The notes below the pieces were generated by a model that saw only the letters and a program-made list of their open reading frames with translations, was not told the origin of the DNA and made no database searches. DNA of 64,000 nt from Octopus vulgaris (Eukaryota), in NCBI GenBank assembly GCA_951406725.2, contig OX597843.1:10850001-10914000 (forward strand), read 5' to 3'. Made by a program: the position numbers and the translations under genes. Shown one piece after another: positions 54,467 to 64,000 of this stretch. How positions within the stretch are numbered: position 1 is the first letter of the stretch; every line of letters begins with the position of its first letter.

Positions 54467-54749
54467 CTGCAAAAAGGGAACAGATGAAGAGACAAATTAG
54501 AGGCAGGGACAGTGGCTTAAGGCATGATGACTATTTTTCTACATAAGGTAGAAAAAGGGGCTGGAGTGACAGAATTCAGAAAATAAGGATTTTTCATATT
54601 TTCATTTGTAAAGGATTAAAAGAAAACAAAAGCAATTTATTTTTACTCAAAGCAAAGCTAGATAAAACCCCGCATGCCAGTCTGTTGAATAACACTACCC
54701 TACCTATGCTTTTGTACACAAGTTAACTGTAGGCTACTAAGAGAGAACA

Positions 54750-55468
54750 TTAACCCTTTCATTACCAACCTGGCTGAAACCACCTCTGACTCTGTTGTAC
54801 AAATGTCTTGTTTTCCTAAGTTTGGAATTAAAATCTTCCATCAAACCTTAGTCACAATTTATGTCACTAATACTAGCTTAATGATAACAAAGTTATTTTA
54901 CTAAATTCTTTCTTATATTTAAAATTAATTGAAAGAAACACAGAGCACCTTAACAGAAATATGGTAACGAAAGGGTTAAAGTCACCATGATATTTTTAAC
55001 CCTTTTGATGCCAACCCGGCTGAAACCACCTCTGGTTCTGTAGTACAGATGTCTTGTTTTCCTAAGTTTTGAATTAAAATCTTCCACCAAACATTAGTCA
55101 CAATTTATATTCCAAACACTAGCTGAATGATAACTAAGTTATTTTACTAAATTCTTTGTTATATTTAAAGTAATTAAAAGAAACACAGAACACCTCAAAA
55201 TAAATATGGTAATGAAAGGGTTAAAGTCACCATGATATTTTTACCCCTTTTGATACCAACCCGGCAGAAACTGCCTCTGGCTCTGAGTACAAATGTTTTG
55301 TTTTCATAAGTTTTAAATTAAAATCTTCCACCAAACCTTAGTCACAATTTATGTTCCTAACATTAGCTTAATGATAACTAAGTTATTTTACTAAATTCTT
55401 TGTTATATTTCAAATAATTGAAAGAAACACAGAACATCTCAACAGAAATATGGTAACAAAAGGGTTAA
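54750..55468 (-). mobile_element. Tandem trimer of the same piggyBac-type MITE, inverted
   Basis: Units at about 54750-54978, 54996-55224 and 55240-55468; reverse complement of 45213-45841. Confidence 0.82.
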
Positions 55469-55879
55469 TTGGTGACAACACAAAGGGCCGTAGAGAGATA
55501 CATTTTCGTAACATATCAAAAATCAAGTAATGTGAGAATGAAGTGGAGTGAATGCTGTGACTATAGACCAAAAGCACAAGTTCCACAGAGCTAGATATAT
55601 GATAAGATTCACAGAAAACAGGTGGACCCATGTCGTTGCCAGGTAGTGTCTAAGAGATTTGAAAAGAGCCCTTAGAAGGCCTGCATGCTGATTAGAAGAT
55701 GATTTAGTTAAATGAAAAGGGCTAAGAAGAAGGGTGCAATCAAGAAAGATCTGAAAGCGCATTGTGACTAGCAGTGTATAACCACACCTGCCAGTTTAAG
55801 TGATGCAGGTGGTACAGGTAAGAAGTTATATTTGCTTGTGACTGATGGCTAAGCTTTTCCAAAACTGAGAGAGGAATCA

Positions 55880-58430
55880 GAAAAATTGGTTTGCTGGTAG
55901 TTAATTAAATTGGTTTACTGTTAATTAATTAAATTGGCTTGTTGTTAATTAATTAAATTGGTTTGTGGTAAGTTAATTAATTAAATTGGCTTGTTGTTAA
56001 TTAATTAAATTGGTTTGTGGTAAGTTAATTAAATGGTTTGTTGTCAGTTAATTAAATTGGTTTACTGTTAATTAATTAAATTGGCTTGTTGTTAATTAAT
56101 TAAATTGGTTTGTGGTAAGTTAATTAAATGGTTTGTTGTCAGTTAATTAAATTGGTTTACTGTTAATTAATTAAATTGGCTTGTTGTTAATTAATTAAAT
56201 TGGTTTGTGGTAAGTTAATTAATTAAATTGGCTTGTTGTTAATTAATTAAATTGGTTTGTGGTAAGTTAATTAAATGGTTTGTTGTCAGTTAATTAAATT
56301 GGTTTGTGGTAAGTTAATTAATTAAATTGGCTTGTTGTTAATTAATTAAATTGGTTTGTGGTAAGTTAATTAATTAAATTGGCTTGTTGTTAATTAATTA
56401 AATTGGTTTGTGGTAAGTTAATTAATTAAATTGGCTTGTTGTTAATTAATTAAATTGGTTTGTGTTAAGTTAATTAAATTGGATTGTTGTTAGTTAATTA
56501 AATTGGTTTACTGTTAATTAATTAAATTGGCTTGTTGTTAATTAATTAAATTGGTTTGTGGTAAGTTAATTAAATGGTTTTTTGTCAGTTAATTAAATTG
56601 GTTTACTGTTAATTAATTAAATTGGCTTGTTGTTAATTAATTAAATTGGATTGTTGTCAGTTAATTAAATTGGCTTGTTGTTAATTAATTAAATTGGATT
56701 GTTGTCAGTTAATTAAATGGTTTGTTGTCAGTTAATTAAATTGGTTTCTGTTAATTAATTAAATTGGCTTTTGTTAATTAATTAAATTGGGTAAGTTAAT
56801 TAAATGGTTTTTTGTCTAAGTTAATTAAATTGGATTGTTGTCAGTTAATTAAATTGGTTTGTTGTCAGTTAATTAAATTGGCTTGTTGTTAATTAATTAA
56901 ATTGGATTGTTGTCAGTTAATTAAATTGGATTGTTGTCAGTTAATTAAATTGGTTTGTTGTCAGTTAATTAAATGGTTTTTTGTCTGTTAATTAAATTGG
57001 TTTGTTGTCAGTTAATTAAATGGTTTTTGTCAGTTAATTAAATTGGTTTACTGTTAATTAATTAAATTGGCTTGTTGTTAATTAATTAAATTGGTTTGTT
57101 GTCAGTTAATTAAATTGGTTTTTTGTCTGTTAATTAAATTGGTTTGTGGTAAGTTAATTAAATGGTTTTTGTCAGTTAATTAAATTGGTTTACTGTTAAT
57201 TAATTAAATTGGCTTGTTGTTAATTAATTAAATTATTAATTAAATTGGTTTTGTTTTAATTAAATTGGTTTGTGTAAGTTAATTAAATTGTTGTTAATTA
57301 ATTAAATTGGCTTGTTGTTAATTAATTAAATTGGTTTGTGTGTTAATTAAATTGGATTGTTGTCAGTTAATTAAATTGGTTTGTTGTCAGTTAATTAAAT
57401 TGGCTTGTTGTTAATTAATTAAATTGGATTGTTGTCAGTTAATTAAATTGGTTTGTTGTCAGTTAATTAAATGGTTTTTTGTCAGTTAATTAAATTGGTT
57501 TACTGTTAATTAATTAAATTGGCTTGTTGTTAATTAATTAAATTGGATTGTTGTCAGTTAATTAAATGGTTTTTTGTTCAGTTAATTAAATTGGTTTGTT
57601 GTCAGTTAATTAAATTGGTTTTTTGTCTGTTAATTAAATTGGTTTGTGGTAAGTTAATTAAATGGTTTTTGTCTGTTAATTAAATTGGTTTGTTGTCAGT
57701 TAATTAAATGGTTTTTTGTCAGTTAATTAAATTGGTTTACTGTTAATTAATTAAATTGGCTTGTTGTTAATTAATTAAATTGGATTGTTGTCAGTTAATT
57801 AAATTGGTTTGTTTGTCTGTTAATTAAATTGGTTTGTTGTCAGTTAATTAAATTGGTTTTTTGTCAGTTAATTAAATTGGTTTACTGTTAATTAATTAAA
57901 TTGGCTTGTTGTTAATTAATTAAATTTGTTGTTAATTAATTAAATTGGTTTGTTGTCAGTTAATTAAATGGTTTGTTGTCAGTTAATTAAATTGGTTTTG
58001 TAATTAACTGTTAATTAATTAAATTGGCTTGTTGTTAATTAATTAAATTGGTTAATTAAATCTTGTTGTTTTTTGTAGTTAATTAAATTGGTGTTAAAGT
58101 TAATTAAATGTTATAAATTTTTTGTCAGTTAATTAAATTGGTTTACTGTTAATTAATTAAATTGGCTTGTTGTTAATTAATTAAATTGGTTTGTGTTAAG
58201 TTAATTAAATTGTTGTCAGTTAATTAAATTGGTTGTTAATTAATTAAATTGGCTTGTTGTTAATTAATTAAATTGGTTTGTGGTAAGTTAATTAAATGGT
58301 TTTTTGTCAGTTAATTAAATTGGTTTACTGTTAATTAATTAAATTGGCTTGTTGTTAATTAATTAAATTGGTTTGATTGTTGTCAATTAATTAAATTGGA
58401 TTGTTGTCAGTTAATTAAATTGGTTTGTTG
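55880..58430. repeat. AT-rich satellite, ~22-28-bp units built on TTAATTAAATTGG
   Basis: Direct inspection. Confidence 0.95.
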
Positions 58431-58544
58431 AGCAGACAATCCATTTAAAGATCTGGGTTCTGTGACTAAGATTCTGTAGAAATCTTTAGAACTCACTGGG
58501 CTGTAATGTAATGGAAAAGAATATAACAACAAAACAATACTAAC

Positions 58545-58626
58545 CACCTCCGGACGTAACTGGAGTTGGTGTTGGTGTTGGTCTTCGGGTGCTATGAGAA
58601 CGAGGGTGGGTAACAGTTGGAGTCCT
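58545..58626 (-). pseudogene. Orphan 3' tail of an A'-type Kunitz exon (RTPTVTHPRSHSTRRPTPTPTPVTSGG plus GTTAGT donor), fused to a half SINE
   Basis: Homologous to the A' linker (about 59876-59954) and the intron start after it; Kunitz part is replaced by SINE sequence. Confidence 0.72.
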
Positions 58627-58898
58627 TTAAGCGTGTGTATGTTTGTGTGTCTGTGTTTGTCCCCACAACATTGTTTGACAAATGATGTTGGTGTGTTTAT
58701 GGCCCTGTAACTTAGTGGTTCAGCAAAAGAGACCGATAGAATAAGTACTAGGCTTACAAAGAATAAGTCCTGGGGCCGATTTGCTCGACTAAAGGCATTG
58801 CTCCAGCATGGCTGCAGTCAAATGACTGAAATAAAAGGTAGTGATACAGACAACCCATTAATAAAAATAACTGTATAGTGATTCCAAAATATGCTCAC

Positions 58899-59153
58899 CA
58901 TTTTCTGCTATCACTCGGGGACGGGTTACCTCAGGTCTTGTTGGTGTTGGTCTTCGGGTGCGAGGGTCGGTAACAGTTGGAGTCCTGTAATTCCGACAAG
59001 CTTTCATGCAGGCCCTTTCATCGTCGAATCTGTTCGTATTTCCTCCACAACCGCCGTACCAAAATTGTTTGCATCTTCTACTTTCTGTGTCATAGGCCCA
59101 CTTTTGTGTGTAGTCAGAACAGGTGCCACGAGCTGGTTCTGCAGAGCAGTGTA
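58899..59153 (-). CDS. Papilin-like gene, second Kunitz exon type A
   Basis: Same splice sites and, by eye, the same sequence as 62813-63067 (offset 3914 bp); ORF 58858..59235. Confidence 0.88.
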
Positions 59154-59447
59154 CTGGAAACAGGGAACAGAGAAAAGAAAAGAAAAAAACAAAACAAATG
59201 AGAGGCATAGATATTAGATTCACATAAGATTTCAAATTTAAAAAAAACCTTTAAAAAGATCAAAATAATGGGACGCTCAGGTAGAATTCTGAAATGGCTA
59301 CAGAATAACAAGTGAAAGAGTAAATCGACCCTGGGACTTATTCTTTGTAAGCCCAGTACTTATTCTATCGGTCTCTTTTGCCGAACCGCTAAGTAACGGG
59401 GACGTAAGCACACCAGCATCGGTTGTCAAGCAATGCTAGGGGGACAA

Positions 59448-59498
<51 letters not shown>

Positions 59499-59739
59499 CG
59501 ACAGGCTTCTTTCAGTTTCCATCTACCAAATCCACTCACAAGGCATTGGTCGGCCCGGGGCTATAGCAGAAGACACTTGCCCAAGATGCCATGCAGTGGG
59601 ACTGAACCCGGAACCATGTGGTTGGTTAGCAAGCTACTTACCACACAGCCACTCCTGCACCTATGGCTATTAGAATAACAAGTGAAAGAATAACAGTCTC
59701 GCTCACATTCTTTCAAAGTATTACCAAAAATGTTCTCAC

Positions 59740-59822
59740 CATTTGCACCTGTGACTGGGGGCCTTGGTGTTGTCTCGACTGGTGGCCAGGTGCGACTGGG
59801 TGTTGGCCTAGTGTGAGGGTGA
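59740..59822 (-). pseudogene. Orphan 3' tail of a type-B Kunitz exon (linker plus donor, domain missing)
   Basis: Matches 63754-63836 (HPHTRPTP...PPVTGANG|GTGAG); homology stops at 59822 and no plausible in-frame acceptor is visible. Confidence 0.75.
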
Positions 59823-59875
59823 TTTAGGACCCACTGTGTTAAAACTTCATGAAAAAACAATAAACCAATACTAAC

Positions 59876-60121
59876 CAATTCCGGGTGTAACTGGAGCGGG
59901 AGTTGATATTGGTGTTGGTCTTCGGGTGCGAGGGGTGGTAACAGTTGGAGTCCTGTAATTCCGACAAGCTTCCATGCAGGCCCTTTCATCATCGAACCTG
60001 TTCGTATTTCCTCCACAACCACCGTACCAAAATTGTTTGCATCTTCTACTTTCTGTGTCATAGGCCCACTTTTGTGTGTAGTCAGAACAGGTGCCACGAC
60101 CTGGTTCTGCAGAGCAGTGTA
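59876..60121 (-). CDS. Papilin-like gene, Kunitz exon type A' (HCSAEPGRGTCSDY...CMEACRNYRTPTVTTPRTRRPTPISTPAPVTPGI)
   Basis: Acceptor TTTCCAG|, donor G|GTTAGT; 246 bp, phase 1-1; open frame by hand translation. Confidence 0.9.
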
Positions 60122-60249
60122 CTGGAAACAGGGAACAGAGAAAAGAAAAAAAAAAATGAGAGGCATGAAGTTTATATTTACATAAGATTTCTAATTTTTA
60201 TGGGGGAAAAAAAAATTTAGGGATTTTGGAGCAGAATTCTGAAAATAAA

Positions 60250-61700
60250 ACTGAACAACAATTTAAAAAAAATTTTCTGTTGCATGAAATTTTTTTACTG
60301 ATTCTAACTATCTTTTTGGTGCTAATTTCAAATCTGTAATTAGTTTATTCTCCATGCTCTGGTTTACTTGAAATTTGAGATGAATTTTTAATGTATTTAT
60401 AGTTAGGTTTGACATATTTAGATACACATGTCCTACTTACAAAGAATTGACAATTGTGGTTTTTGAGATCTGACCGTGGCTTTCTTAAGTAGACATAAAT
60501 GTGTGAATAATCCTGGTGGCTTCTGCTAAGTCTGTGACTCCTTCACACTTATTCCTCAAAAGCACGATATCACATTGTCTGTGAGTTGGGCTTATAAAAC
60601 CCATTTTGGAATTCCCCTAGGTGACCAAGACAAAAAATTGTGCACCTCATGCTGCATGTCATAACTGTGAGGAAATGCTTTGTGACTGGACAGAAGGAAA
60701 ATGAAAGGGGCCTGCTGTTTGGAGTTCCTATGGTTTGGCAAAAGCCCAAGGACCAGACAAGTGATGGTTACTTTTGTATGGGCAACAGAAACGGCATTGG
60801 CAAGAAAAATAGGCTTAAGATATCTTATCCCAATATTCCTTGCCAATGCCTTTTGTATTCATCATTCATCATCATCATCATCGTTTAGCGTCCGTTTTCC
60901 ATGCTAGCATGGGTTGGACAGTTCTACTGGGGTCTGTGAAGCCAGAAGGCTGCATCAGGCCCAGTCTGATCTGGCAGTGTTTCTACAGCTGGATGCCCTT
61001 CCTAACGCCAACCACTCCGTGAGTGTAGTGGGTGCTTTTTACGTGCCACCCGCACAGGTGCCAGATGGAGCTGGCAAACGGCCACGAATGGATGGTGCTT
61101 TTTATGTGCCACCAGCACGGGGGCCAGGCGAGGCTGGCAACGGACACGAATGGATGGTGCTTTTTATGTGCCACTGGCACGGGGGCCAGGCGAGGCTGGC
61201 AAACGGACACGAACGGATGGCGCTTTTTACCTGCCACCGGCACGAGGCCAGTCGGGGCGGCGCTGGCAACGGTCGCGAAACGGAAGGTTCTCTTACATGC
61301 CACCGGCACTGGTAACACATCTGCAATTTCCTTTGATCGATTTCGAGTATTGGCCATACAAAAGTAACCCTCACTTGTGTGGCCCTTGGGCTCTTGACAA
61401 ACCATTTAGACCTATTAAGCACTCTGAGACACTCCTGATTCCAGTTTTCCTTGGGTTGGCCTCTTCCGAACACAAAGCTAGCGAACAAAGTATGAAGATG
61501 ATAATGAAGATCAAGAATTTATTTCAGAATTCCAAGACACCTCTTATGGTACCATAAAATCAACACCTCAACAGTTTAGCCAAACAGAACTGAATGATTT
61601 AGTGGGTGATTTGGGATTCTCCAAGACTGTAACTAAAGTTCTAGCATTCAGGTGACAAGAAAAACATCTGCTTGACCAAACTGCAAAAGTTTCGTATTTG
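60250..61700 (+). mobile_element. Decayed DNA transposon 5' portion, probably Chapaev3-like (CMC), interrupted by a SINE at about 60865-61340
   Basis: CVNNPGGFC, AYKTHFGIPLGDQDK, FGVPMVWQKPKDQTSDGYFC, RPIKHS, FSQTELNDLVGDLG; family name is from recall of these motifs. The inserted SINE has a (CAT)n end and a relative at about 52640-52930. Confidence 0.6.
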
Positions 61701-62520
61701 CTGGAGCATTTAATGAGATTTCCTTGAGAAAGTCTAAAAATGCTAGAGTTCCAAGTGAAAATTCTTGCCTGAGAAGGATCTGTTTGTGTTTTATTTTCCA
61801 TCCTAATCTGTTTCACTCTTTTACTCTTTTACTTGTTTCAGTCATTTGACTGCGGCCATGCTGGAGCACCGCCTTTAGTCGAGCAAATCGACCCCGGGAC
61901 TTATTCTTTTGTAAGCCCAGTACTTATTCTATCAGTCTCTTTTGCCGAACCGCTAAGTAACGGGGACGTAAACACACCAGCATCGGTTGTCAAGCAATGC
62001 TAGGGGACAAACATAGACACACAAACATACACACGCACATATATATATATATATACATATATACATATATACGACAGGTTTCTTTCAGTTTCCGTCTACC
62101 AAATCCACTCACAAGGCATTGGTCGGCCCGAGGCTATAGTAAAAGACACTTGCCCAAGATGCCACGCAGTGAGACTGAACCCGGAACCATGTGGTTGGTA
62201 AACAAGCTACTTACCACACAGCCACTCCTGCGCCTAGTTATCAACTATTTACATCTCTCATTTGTATATACTATATATATCTTCAACTGTACAACAGATG
62301 GCACAAAAAAAGAAAGAAAAGAAAATGATGTAGGAGAACATTTATTTTACACAGTATAGGCGCAGGAGTGGCGGTGTGGTAAGTAGCTTGCTTACCAACC
62401 ACATGATTCCGGGTTCAATCCCACTGTGTGGCACTTTGGGCAAGTGTCTTCTACTGTAGCCTCGGGCTAACCAAATCTTTGTGAGTGGATTTGGTAGACG
62501 GAAACTGAAAGAAGCCTGTC

Positions 62521-62556
<36 letters not shown>

Positions 62557-62812
62557 TTGTGTGTCTGTGTTTGTCCCCACAACATTGTTTGACAAATGAT
62601 GTTGGTGTGTTTATGGCCCTGTAACTTAGTGGTTCAGCAAAAGAGACCGATAGAATAAGTACTAGGCTTACAAAGAATAAGTCCTGGGGCCGATTTGCTC
62701 GACTAAAGGCATTGCTCCAGCATGGCTGCAGTCAAATGACTGAAATAAAAGGTAGTGATACAGACAACCCATTAATAAAAATAACTGTATAGTGATTCCA
62801 AAATATGCTCAC

Positions 62813-63067
62813 CATTTTCTGCTATCACTCGGGGACGGGTTACCTCAGGTCTTGTTGGTGTTGGTCTTCGGGTGCGAGGGTCGGTAACAGTTGGAGTCCT
62901 GTAATTCCGACAAGCTTTCATGCAGGCCCTTTCATCGTCGAATCTGTTCGTATTTCCTCCACAACCGCCGTACCAAAATTGTTTGCATCTTCTACTTTCT
63001 GTGTCATAGGCCCACTTTTGTGTGTAGTCAGAACAGGTGCCACGAGCTGGTTCTGCAGAGCAGTGTA
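62813..63067 (-). CDS. Papilin-like gene, Kunitz exon type A (HCSAEPARGTCSDYTQKW...CMKAC plus PT/R linker)
   Basis: Acceptor TTTCCAG| after a polypyrimidine tract, donor G|GTGAGC; 255 bp, phase 1-1; six-Cys Kunitz pattern (ORF 62772..63113). Confidence 0.92.
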
Positions 63068-63753
63068 CTGGAAACAGGGAACAGAGAAAAGAAAAGAAAA
63101 AAAAACAAAACAAATGAGAGGCATAGATATTAGATTCACATAAGATTTCAAATTTAAAAAAACCTTTAAAAAGATCAAAATAATGGGACGCTCAGGTAGA
63201 ATTCTGAAATGGCTACAGAATAACAAGTGAAAGAGCAAATCGACCCTGGGACTTATTCTTTGTAAGCCCAGTCCTAAACAATCGGTCTCTTTTGCCGAAC
63301 CGCTAAGTAACGGGGACGTAAGCACACCAGCATCGGTTGTCAAGCAATGCTAGGGGGACAAACACACACACACATATATATATACATATATACAATAAAG
63401 GGTGGAATATAATTAATTTAATAAAATTAATCAATTTCACCTAGTAGATTTATCGGTATGGAAAAGACCATATTTGGTAAGGGTTATATACATATATACA
63501 TATACATATATACGACAGGCTTCTTTCAGTTTCCATCTACCAAATCCACTCACAAGGCATTGGTCGGCCTGGGGCTATAGCAGAAGACACTTGCCCAAGA
63601 TGCCATGCAGTGGGACTGAACCCGGAACCATGTGGTTGGTTAGCAAGCTACTTACCACACAGCCACTCCTGCACCTATGGATATTAGAATAACAAGTGAA
63701 AGAATAACAGTCTCGCTCACATTCTTTCAAAGTATTACCAAAAATGTTCTCAC

Positions 63754-64000
63754 CATTTGCACCTGTGACTGGGGGCCTTGGTGTTTCATCGACTGGTGGC
63801 CGGGGGCGCCTGGGTGTTGGCCTAGTGTGAGGGTGAGTTCTCCTGCTATGATCACGGCAGGCTCTCAGGCAATCCCCATCGCTATCGAACCTGTTCTCGT
63901 TTCCTCCACAACCACCATACCAGAACTGTTTGCACCTTCTAGTCTCAGGGTTGTAGGCCCACTTCTGGGTGTAGTCAGAACAGGAACCGCGGTCGTGTTC
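63754..64000 (-). CDS. Papilin-like gene, Kunitz exon type B (cut by window edge): EHDRGSCSDYTQKWAYNPETRRCKQFWYGGCGGNENRFDSDGDCLRAC plus Pro/Thr/Arg linker
   Basis: Hand translation gives Kunitz Cys spacing and the FWYGGCGGN motif; phase-1 donor AATG|GTGAGA at 63754/63753. Confidence 0.9.

Noticed and set aside
21977-63692. Recurrent ORF 'RQASFSFRLPNPLTR...GTEPGTMWLVSKLLTTQPLL' as a gene family
   Set aside because: Antisense translation of SINE family A

Overview
Eukaryotic, AT-rich, repeat-saturated genomic DNA. The SINE, Dong/R4, Penelope and microsatellite content suggests an octopus or other cephalopod, but that is inference. The only host gene I can support is a multi-exon gene on the minus strand (19628 to beyond 64000) encoding a papilin/lacunin-like protein. 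I traced ten GT-AG exons by hand: eight Kunitz/BPTI exons and two exons of 'C-x4-YGCC-x-DG' Cys-rich repeats. All are phase-1 and splice into about 720 codons of open frame; two of the Kunitz exons (19628-19798, 54260-54466) are missing from the ORF track in their coding frame. The upstream end (54-64 kb) is a recently duplicated array of near-identical Kunitz exons, with two orphan exon tails that keep a donor but lost the domain. Introns and the downstream flank hold decayed Penelope, Gypsy, mariner, Dong/R4, Chapaev3-like, Helitron, piggyBac-, hAT- and Merlin-like elements. They also hold several SINE families (some as tandem arrays), satellites, a 4-kb GAA array next to an assembly gap, and about six minimal hammerhead-ribozyme-like motifs. 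Most long ORFs in the track are microsatellite artefacts.
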